Positions 49,801 through 59,442 of a DNA stretch of 59,442 nucleotides are shown in pieces; the stretch's first letter is position 1; each line of letters begins with the position of its first letter. The notes beneath the pieces are model-generated. The model saw only the letters and a list, made by a program, of their open reading frames with translations, did not search any database and was not told the origin of the DNA. This DNA comes from Paraspadella gotoi (lineage: Eukaryota; Animalia; Chaetognatha), in assembly GCA_051294375.1 (NCBI GenBank), contig JBJCIZ010000448.1:1-59442 (forward strand), written 5' to 3'. A program made the translations under genes and the position numbers.

Positions 49801-52501
49801 CGCTCTTCTCCAGAACTTAGCACGGATGAAAACAACTACGAGGAAATCTCAAATTTGGAGTGGGACGGTTTCGTCGAATCGATAAGGCGAGAAATAGACT
49901 TTATAGTAACAAATTACTTTTATTAATATTTGAATATGTTACAGTTTGTCCAAATGCACAAGAACCTGCTGTACCAGAACAGGGAGACGAAAACTATTTA
50001 GAACCTGTCAGGTGAACAAATAAATTCATATTTCTTTTATTAAAACATCTCAAAAAGACTAAACTTTCTTTTTTATTTCTGCTACAGTTTGTCAAATGCA
50101 CAAGAACCCGCTGTGTCAGAACAGGGAACGAAAAACTATTTAGAAACTGTCAGGTGAATGAATAAATTCATACTTTTTTATTAAAAACATCCAAAAAGAC
50201 TAAACTGTTCTTATTTTATTTCTGCTAGCTCGTTCAACAAAAACTCTGACGTTCAACTTCCATTGCCTCCAAAGCGAAAGAAAACAAAAAATAAACTTTT
50301 CTTTGGTTTTAAGCAGAAGATGATTTAAGCCAAAATAATCATGTCTTCCAATTCTTTTTCTTTGTAATAAAAATCCCGAAAAAAAAATAGAATTACTTAC
50401 TTACTTATTTCACAAAAATCCGGTCTAACTTTAGATTTGAATGCGTTAATTCGACTGCTGGACTCTGTAACTAGCACACAAAAAATCACTTCAACAAAAA
50501 CTTAGCGCAGGAGCGATTCAGTTCCCTGATTTTTTTTTTCTTTTGAAGTTTAGAACTCTTCGTCGCGAAACCTTGGAAGGACCCGATTTTAAACGTTGCC
50601 AATTGAGACGATTTCGTCTTTCCTATGAGAAAAACTTTTTGAAGGCCTCTCTGCTCTCTCGCTCTGAGGAAAAACGAAAATGTCTGAATTGGCGCGCTTT
50701 AAAAATGGGGCTTTCCCTCCGAAGCCAGCTGAGTCGAGACAGACGGTCTCAGAGAAACGGAGAGAGAAAAAAAGCACAGAGTCAAGACCTCTCTCTCTGT
50801 TAAAAAAAGGAACGGGATCTATGTAAACACTGACTCTCCTATGAGAAAAAAAACTTTTTGCAGAAGACCTCTCTCTCTCTCCTCTCCTCTCTCTCTTTGC
50901 TCTGAGGAAAAAACGAAAAATTGTCTGGAAGTTGGCACGTTTAAAATTTTCGTCTCCTCCAGCCGAAGAACATTCGAATCTCTGAGAGACAGAGGTCTAA
51001 GAGAAACGGAGAGAGAAAAAAGAGGACAGAAGTTCAAGACCTCTCTCTCTCGTTCTGAGGAAAAACGAAAATTTTGTCTGAATTGCAAGTTTTAAAATTT
51101 CGTCTCCTCTGAGCCGCCTAGTCGAGACACTCGAATCTTGAGAGATCAGGAGTCTCAGAGAAACGAGAGAGAAAAAAAAGGACAGAGTCAAGGATCTCTC
51201 TCTCTCTGTCTCTTCGAAACTTCTGTCCCGATTTGAGCACTCCGCGACTCTGTCTCTTTTTCTCTCTCTGTTTTTTGTGGACTCTGTCTAAATTTCGTTT
51301 TTCCTCGGAGAGAGATAGAGTCAGAGTCGAACCTCGGAAATGTGCTCTGTCGGAACTCTGTCTTCTTTGAGATTGAGCGTCCTGCTCGGAGGAGACTTCA
51401 TTTAAAACGCGCCAATTTCAGACAAATTCGGTTTTTCCTCAGGCGAGAGAGAGAGAGTCAGAGTCCGAACCTCGGAATGTCCGATTTCGAGCTCCGGCGA
51501 CTCTGTCTATTTTCTCTCTTCTGTTTTTTTTTGAGACTCTGTCTCTTTGAGATTCGAGCGTGCCTATTTTAAAACGCCGCCAATTTCAGGACAAAAATGT
51601 TCGTTTTTTCCTTCAGAAGAGAGAGAGAGTCAGAGGTCGAACCTCGGAATGCCCGATTCGAGCTCCGCGACTCTGTCTCTTTTTCTCTCTCTGTTTTTTT
51701 TTTTAACTCTTCATATTTTGTACTTAGGGAAAACAAAATTTTGGAGCGGCGAGACAGAGTCTTCAAAGAGACAGAGGAGATCGAGCCCGAATCGGGACAG
51801 AGCTTCGCGACTCTCTGTTCTCTTTTTCTCTCTCTGGTTTTTTTTTTAACTCTTCATAGTTTTGACTTAGCGGAAACAAAATTTTGAGCGCGAAGACCAT
51901 AGTGATGACAGGGACGCTCCGATCTCAAAGAGACAGCAGTCTCAAAAAAAGAGAAAGAGAGAAAAAGAGACAGAGTCGCCGGAACTCTTCATATTTTTGA
52001 CTTAGGAAAAAAAATTTGTGAGTAGCGCGAGACAGGTCTAGGAGGAAACCGAACGAGTCAGAGTCTCAAGAGCAGAGAGAGAGAGAGCTCGGCGGCGAGG
52101 AGGAGATCCGGAATTTTAAACGTGCAATTCAGAACAATTCTCTACGTGAGGAAAACGAATTTGTCTGAATTGGCACATTTTGAAAATGGGGGTCTCGCTT
52201 CGAGCGCCGAGCCAGAGAGAGAAAAAAAGGAACAAGTCGAGCCAGATCAGAGTCCATATTTTTTACTCCGTGGCAACCCCAAAAAAATTTGGAGCGCGAG
52301 ACAGAGTCTCAAAGAGCACAGAGAGAGAGAGAGGAGAGATCAGGAGTCGGAGCTCGAATGTTAGTGCGCAGGTAGCTCTTCGTTGATTTTTGACTCCACA
52401 GCTCGGGAAAACGAAAATTTTGGTATGCCGTCAATTCATTTTAAGATTTCCCTCGAAAATCGCAAATTGTGTCTGAATTTGGCACTGTTTCCTATACTAC
52501 T
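46880..52501. repeat. Subterminal/TIR-like repeat array (~100-150 bp units in both orientations), interrupted by the duplicated block
   Basis: Recurring core AAACG(C/T)GCCAATTCAGACAAATTTCGTTTTTCCTCAGAGAGAG...GAGCTCCGCGACTCTGTCTC and its reverse complement; the last core lies ~15-40 nt from the ACTACT end. Confidence 0.75.
48919..50715 (+). repeat. Direct second copy of ~45203-47015 (3' part of the membrane-protein gene plus start of the terminal repeats)
   Basis: Same start TCCACCCTTACCAGTCTCCAACAAG, colinear to ...TTGGCGCGCTTTAAAA; begins right after N gap 48894-48918. Confidence 0.85.
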
Positions 52502-55500
52502 GTCGTTCTGCCGGTTATGTATTTAACGTTTTTATTACGTTTTTACTTTTAGAAAAAGTCGTTTTATCCGGTGTTTTTTAACTCTTTTTACATTGGAAAA
52601 AGTTTTGCCGTTTTGGTTTTTTAAAGTTTTTATTTCTTTTACATTGGAAAAAATCGTTTTTTTCTGTTATTTTTAAAGTTTTATATCTTTTTACAGAGAA
52701 AAAGTCGTTTTCTGGTGTATTTAACGTTTTTTATCTATTGATTAGTGAGAGAAAGCTACATAAAATTAAAGAGAAAAGAGAGAGAGAGGAGACATAAAAT
52801 AAAAGAGAGGAAATTTGTTTGTTTGATAAAAATATCTAATAACGTCCCTCACCAATTTTAACAACCTCGATGATGTTATTTGCAGAAGTATTTAACGTTT
52901 TTATTTCTTATTTCTTTTGAAAAAATCGTTTTCCGGTTGTTTTTAGAAATTTTTTATCTTCTTTTACATTGGAAAAAGCGTTTTTTTCTTTGTTTTTTAA
53001 AGTTGTTATCTCTTTGGAAATTATCTTTCTCCGCTGTATTTAACGGTTTTTTATCACTTTTTACTTTAGGAAAAGTCGTTTATCGGTGTTTTTTTTATAA
53101 TTTTTTACATGGAAAAAACGTTTGCCGTTTTTTTAAGTTTTTATTTCTTTCTTACATTTGAAAAAAATCGTTTTCTGTTATTTTTAAAGTTTTCATATCT
53201 TTTTTAGCGATGAAAAAGTCGTTTTCTTGGTGTTGTATTTAACGTTTATCTATTGATGAGTGAGAGAAAGCTACATAAATTAAAGAGAAAAGAGAGAGAG
53301 AAGGAGACATAAAAAATAAAAGATGAGGAAATTTTGTTTGTTTTTTGATTAAAGATATTTAATAACGTGCTCCTCACCCAATTTTTAACAACGCTCGATG
53401 ATGTTTATTTCAGAATATTTAACGTTTTTTTATTCTTTTTTTCTTTAAAAACCTATCGTTTGGTCCGGTATTTTAGAAATTTTTTTTTATCCTCTTTTTA
53501 CATTGGAAAAAAAAGCGGTTTTCTGTTGTTTTTTTAAAAGTTGTTATCTCTTTGGAAATATTTTCGTCTTTGCCCCTGTATTCTTAACAGTTTTTATCAC
53601 TTTTTACTTTTAGACACAGTCGCTTTATCGGTGTTTTTTAACTCTTTTTACATTGGAAAAAACGTTTGCCGTTTTTTTTTAAAGTTTTTTTTTATTCTTT
53701 TTACATTGGAAAACAATCGTTTCTGTTATTTTTAAAGTTGTTCATATCTCTTTTACAGAGGAAAAGTGTTTTTCTGGTGTATTTAACGTTTTTATCTTTT
53801 TGAGAGTGAGGAGAAAGCTACATAAATTAAAGAGAAAGAGAGAGAAGGAACATTAAAATAAAGAGAGGAAATTTGTTTGTTTTGATAAAAAGATGATTTA
53901 ATAACTGTCCTCACCCAATTTTAACAACCTCGATGATGTTATTTGCAGAAGTATTACGTTGTTTATTTCTTTTTTTTCTTTGAAAATATCGTTTTTCCGG
54001 TGTTTTAGAATTTTTATCTCTTCTTTACTATTGGAAAAGCGTTTTCTTTGTTTTTTAAAGTTTTATCTTCTTTGGGAAATGGTCGTCTGCCGGTTTGTAT
54101 TTAACGTTGTTTATTCTTTTTACTTTTAGAAAAAGGTCGTATCGCGGTGTTTTTTAACTCATTTTTACATTTGGGGAAAAAAACGTTTGCCGTGTTTTTT
54201 TTTTTAAAAGTTTTTTATATTGTCTTTTACGATGTGGAAACAATCTCCGTTTTCTGGTCTTGACCTCTTTTTAAAGTTTTTTTCATTATGCTTTTTACAG
54301 AGAAAAGTCGCTCTTTCTGGGCTGTATATTAACGTGGTTTGATCTATTGAGAGTGAGAGAAAGCTAACTTCATTAAAATTACAAGATGAAAAGAGAGAGA
54401 GAAGGAGACATATGAAATAAAACCGAGATTGTGAAATTCGTCTGTTTTTGGATTAAAAAGATATTTAAGAACTGTCCATTGCCACCTCAATTTTAACAAC
54501 CCTCGATGATGTTATTTGCATGGAAAGCTATTTAAACGTTAGTTTCTCTTTTTCTTTTGCACAAAATACCTCGTTCGCCGTATCGTCTTTCTAAAATTTA
54601 TCTCTCTCTGTTACATGGGAAAAAGCGTTTTTTCTTTGTTTTTAAAGTTGGTTATCCTTTTGGAAATATCCGTTTCTGCCGCTTCGCTGATCGCTGGTTA
54701 TTTTAAACGTTTTTATCATCACTTTTTACTTTTAGAAAAGTCGTATCGGTGTTGTCTTTTTATATTTTTACATTGAAAAAACGATTTGCCTTTTCTTTTT
54801 TAAGAGTTTTATTTCTTTTTACATTGAAAAAAAATCGATTTTCTTGTTATTTTTTAAAGTTTTTCATATCTTTTTACGCGAGAAAAAGTCGGTTTCTGGT
54901 TGTATGTTAACGTTTTTCACCTTCTGATTTGAGAGTGACGAGCCAGGCTCATACATAACATTAAAGAGAAAACGAGAGATAGAAGGAGACCAAAAAAAAT
55001 AGCAGAGGGAGAAATTGAGTCATCGCCTCCTTGATAATAAAGAGAACAGAGTGGAGATAACTGTCCTCGACCCAAATCTGTTAACAACCTCTCTAGAGAA
55101 TGTGTTCATTTGCAGAAACATCTAGTATTTAACGTTTTTATGTGCTTCTTTTTTCTTTTAAAAAATATCGCTTTTCCGGTATCTTTAGAAATTTTTCTTA
55201 TCTCTTTTTACATATGGGAGTAAAAGCGATTCTTCTTTGTTTTTTAAAAGTTGTTATATCTTCTTTTGGGAAATTCCGTCTGCCCCACTGTATTTAACGT
55301 TTTTATCCACGACTTTTCGTTTACCTTTGGAAAAGTCGTGCTATTTATCGGTGTTTTTAACTCTTTAATGGAAAAAAACGTTTGCCGTTTTTGTTTTTTA
55401 AAAGTTTTTAATTTTCTTTTACATTTTGGGAAAAAATCGTTTTCTGTTATTTTTTAAAGTTTTCATATTCTTTTACAGGAGAAAAGTTCGGTTTTCTGCC

Positions 55501-58500
55501 TGTACTTTAACGTTTTTATCTTTTTTGAGATGAGAGAAAGAAAGCTACATAAGAATTAAAGAGAAAGAGAGAGAGAAGAGAGACATTAAAACATAAGAGA
55601 GTGGAAAATTTTGTTGTTTTTGATAAAAGATTAATTTTAATAACTGTCCTCACCAATGTTTTAACAACCTCGAATTTGATGTTTATTTGCAGAAGTATTT
55701 AACGTTTTTTATTTCTTTTTTCTTTGCCAATATCGTTTCTGGACTGGTATTAGACATTTTCTCTTTACAACTTGGAATAAAACACCAGGCGTTTGTTTCT
55801 TTGTTCTCTAAAAGTGGTTATCTCTTTGGAAATATCGTCTGCGGGTATGTTGTTATTTATTATTTTTATTACTTTACTTTAGGAAAATCGTTTATCGGTG
55901 TTTTTTTAACTCTTTTTACATTGGAAAAAACGTTTGCCGTTTTTTTTTAAGTGTTTATTTCTTTTTACATTTGGAAAAATATTCGTTTTTTCTTGTTATT
56001 TTTTTTAAAGTTTCATATCTTTTTACAGAGAAAAAGTTCGTTTCTGTGTATTTAACGTGTTTATCTTTTGACGTAGTGAGGAGAAAGCTACATAAAAATT
56101 AAAGGAGAAAAGAGAGAGAGAAAGTAGACAATAAAAGATAAAAGAGAGGAAATTTGTTTGAACTGTTTTGATCAAAAAGATATTTAATAACTGTCCCTCA
56201 CCCAATTTAACAACCTCGATTATGTTATTGCAGAAGTTATTTAACGTTTTTATTTTTCTTTTTTCTTTTGTGAAAATATCGTTTTCCGGTGTCTTTAGAA
56301 GATTTTTCTATCTGCTTTTTTACATTGGAAAAAGCGTGTTTTCTTTGTTTTTTAAAGTTGTTATCTTCTTTTGGAAATGTCGTCTGCCGGGTGTATATTA
56401 ACGTTTTTATTTTACTTTTTACTTTAGCGAAAAAGTCGTTCTACTCGGTGTTTTTTAACTCTTTTACATTGGAGAAAACGTTGCGTTTTTTTTTTTAAAG
56501 TTTTTATTTTCTGTTTTACGCATTGGAAAAAATCGGTTTCTGTTATTTTTTAAAGTTTTCATTATCTTTTACAGAGAAAAAAGTTCGGTTTTCTGGTGTA
56601 TTTAACGTTTTTATCTATTGAGAGTGAGAGAAAGCTACATGAAAATTAAAATGAGAAAGAGAAGAGAAGGAAACAAAAAATAAAGAGAGGTAAATTTGTT
56701 TTGTTTTTTGATAAAAAGATATTTAATAACTGTCCTCACCCAATCTTTAACAACCTCCGATGATGTTGATTTGCAGAAAGTTATTTAACGTTTTTGTAAT
56801 TCTTTTTCTTTGGAAAATATCGTTTTTCGGTGTTTGAGAAATTTTTTATCTCCTTCTTTACATATTGGAAAAAGCGTTTTTCCTTTGTTTTAAGTTGTTA
56901 CTTCTTGTGGAAATATCGTTCTGCCGCTCGTATTTAACGGTTTTTATCACTTTTTACTTTAGAAAAGTCGTTTATCGGTGTTTTTTTTTAATATTTTTCT
57001 TACATTCGGAAAAAACGTGTTGCCGTTTCGCTTTTTTACAGCTTGTTTATTTTCTTTTTACATTGAAAAAAAATCGTTTTTCTGTTATTTTTAAAGTTTT
57101 CATTCTTTTTTAGCGAGAAAAAGTCGTTTTTTCTGCGCTGTATTTAACGTTTTTTATCTATTGAGAGTACGAGAAAGCTACATAAAAATTAAAGAGAAAG
57201 AGAGAGAGAAGGAGACATAAAAAAAAAGAGAGAAATTGTTTGTTTTGATAAAAAGATATTTAATAACTGTCCTCACCACATTTTAACAACCTCGATTGAT
57301 TGTTATTTGCAGAAGTAGTAAACAGTTTTTATTTCTTTTTTCTTTTAAAAATATCGTTTTTCCGGTTATTTTAGGAAATTTTTTATCTCTTTTTAGCTTG
57401 CGAAAAAAGCGTTTTCTTTGGTTGTTTAAAGTTGTTATCTCTTTGGAAATATCGTCTGCCCCTGTATTAACGTTGTTTTATCACTTTTTACTTTAGAAAA
57501 GTCGTTTTTATCCGGTGTTTTTTTAAAACTCTTTTTACATTGGAAAAAACGCTTTCCGTTTTTTTTTAAGTTTTTATTTTCTTTTTACATTTTGGAAAAA
57601 AATCGTTTTCTGTTATTTTTAAAGTTTTCATATCTTTTTACAGAGAAAAAGTCGTTTTCTGCTGTATTTAACGTTTTTTATCTTGTGAGAGTGAGAGAAA
57701 GTACATAAAATTAAAGAGAAAAGAGAGAGAGAAGGGAGACATTAAAAATAAAAGAGAGGAAATTTGTTTGTTTTGATAAAAAAGATATTTACATAACTGT
57801 CCTCACCCAATTTCTACAACCGTCGATTGATGTTATTTTGCAGAAGTATTTTAACCGTTTTTATTTCCTTTTGTCTTTGAAAATATCGTTTTCCCGGTGT
57901 TTTTAGAAAATTTTTTATCTCTTTTTACATTGGAATATAAGCGTTTTTCTTTGTTTTAAAGTTGTGTATCTCTTTTGGATCATATCGCTTGCTCGGGTTG
58001 TATTTTATTAATTTTTCTTACTTTTTCTTTAAGAAAAGTCGGTGTATCGGTGTTTTTTAACTTCTTTTTACATTGGAAAAAACGTTTGCGTTTTTTTTTT
58101 AAAGGTTTTTATTTCTTTTTACCAGTTGGAAAAAATCGTTTTCTGTTTATTTTTAAAGTTTTCATATCTTTTTACGAGAGAAAAAGTCCGTTTTTCTGGT
58201 GTTATTTAACGTTTGTATCTATTGAGAGTGAGAGAAAGCCTACATAAAAATTAAAGAGAAAAGAGAGAGAAAAGCGAGACATAAAAATAAAAGAAAGGGG
58301 AAATTTGTTTCTGTTTTGATAAAAGATATTTGATAACTGTCCGGTTTTCGACGCCAAATTTTAACAACCTCGGATGATGTTATTTGCAGAATGTATTAAC
58401 CGTTTTTTTATTTCTTTTTTCTTGTGCAAAATAGTCGTTCCGGTGTTTTAGAAATTTACTCTTTTTACATTGGAAAAGCGTTTTCTTTGTTTTTTAAAGT

Positions 58501-59442
58501 TGTTATCGTATTGTGGAAATGATCGGTTCTGCCGCGTGTAGTTTAACGTTTTAATCACTTGTTTACGTTAATAAAGTCGTTTATCGGTGTTTTTTTATAT
58601 TTTTGTTACATTGCGAAAAACGTTTGCCGTTTTTTTTAAAAGTTTTTATTTTCTTTTTACATTTGAAAAAATGCGTTTTCTGTTATTTTATAGTTTTTTC
58701 ATATCTGTTTTTACAGAAGAAGAAAGTCGTTGTGTCTGGTGTATTTTAACGGTTCTTTATCTTTTTGAAGAGTGAGAGAAAGCTTACATTAAAATTAAAG
58801 AGGAAAAGAGAGAGAGAAGGAGACATAAAATAAAAGAGAGGAAATTTGTGTGTTTTGATAAAAAGATATTTTATTAACTGGTGCCTCACCCAATTTGTAA
58901 ACAACCTCGATGATGTTTATTTTGCAAAGTATTTTAACGTTGTTATTTCTTTTTTCTTGTTGAAAATATCGTTTTCCGGTTTGTTTAGAAATTTTTATTC
59001 TCTGTTTGACATTGGAAAAAGCCCGTTTTTCTTTGGTTTTTAAAGTTGTTTATCTTCTTTGGAAATGTCGTCCTTCTGCCGGGTATTTAACGTTTTTATT
59101 ATTTTTACTTTAGAAAAGTCGTTGTATCGGGTTTTTTTAACTCTTTGTACATTGGAAAAAACGTTTGCCGTTTTTTTTTTAAAGTTTTTATTTCTTTTTA
59201 CATTGGAAAAAACGTGTTTCTGTTATTTTAAAGTTTTCATATCTTTTCTACAGAGAAAAAGTCGTTTTCTGGTGTATTTAACCGTTTTTTATTATTGAGA
59301 GTGAGAGAAAAGCTACATAAAAATTAAAGAGAAAAGAGAGAGAGAAGAGACATAAAAATAAAAGAGAAGGAAATTGTGTTTTTTTGATAAAAAGCATATT
59401 TAATAAAACTGTCCTCCACCCAATTTTAACAACCTCCGATGA
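52502..59442. repeat. Host AT-rich tandem satellite, ~13 units of ~515-550 bp, each with ~7 diverged ~45-50 bp subrepeats plus a purine-rich segment
   Basis: Anchor GAGAAAGCTACATAAAATTAAAGAG recurs at ~52748, 53263, 53811, 54356, 55540, 56081, 56628, 57171, 57695, 58232, 58776, 59304. Subrepeat TTTTTACATTGGAAAAA.CGTTT...TTTAA. Confidence 0.95.

Larger units (their letters stand above)
13380..52501. mobile_element. Giant intron-rich Maverick/Polinton (endogenous polintovirus); left end missing, right end at 52501
   Basis: Co-located pPolB, packaging ATPase, rve integrase, penton, DJR major capsid and adenain protease in two divergent blocks. The right boundary reads ...CCTATACTACT (Polinton 5'-AGTAGT/ACTACT-3' terminus) and abuts a satellite mid-unit. 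Confidence 0.93.

Noticed and set aside
48919-50715. Biological duplication of the membrane-protein gene
   Set aside because: Starts exactly after an N gap, lacks the 5' part and differs mainly by indels; likely an assembly overlap. Used only to derive a consensus.
46880-52490. CRISPR-like array
   Set aside because: No unique spacers, units in both orientations, no cas genes, eukaryotic context.
52880-59298. Phe/Leu-rich ORFs in the satellite, and short ORFs in 46883-52386
   Set aside because: Chance translations of repeat units.

Overview
Eukaryotic DNA from an indel-rich, apparently long-read assembly. Most of the window (about 13380-52501) is one very large Maverick/Polinton endogenous dsDNA virus. 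It ends in the canonical 3' terminus ACTACT at 52496-52501, directly against a ~520-550 bp host tandem satellite (52502-59442). The left terminus is not in the window. The element carries the full core set: protein-primed PolB, packaging ATPase, rve integrase, penton, a core-like basic protein, double-jelly-roll major capsid protein (MCP) and adenain-like protease. Unusually, it is heavily spliced. I reconstructed PolB from 8 exons and an intact 478-aa MCP from 9 exons, including 21- and 24-nt micro-exons. Most ORFs have a 3' splice acceptor just upstream of the ATG, and ATG-free leader-like exons follow a TATA box, suggesting two divergent polycistronic units processed by adenovirus-like or trans-splicing. 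Accessory cargo includes three tandem paralogues of an unknown family, a large zinc-finger protein, an internal telomere-like tract and a type-I membrane protein with SH2/SH3-type docking motifs (YEEI, YLEP, PLPPKR). Positions 1036-11868 are a noisy inverted copy of 13380-23658, most likely a read fold-back artefact.
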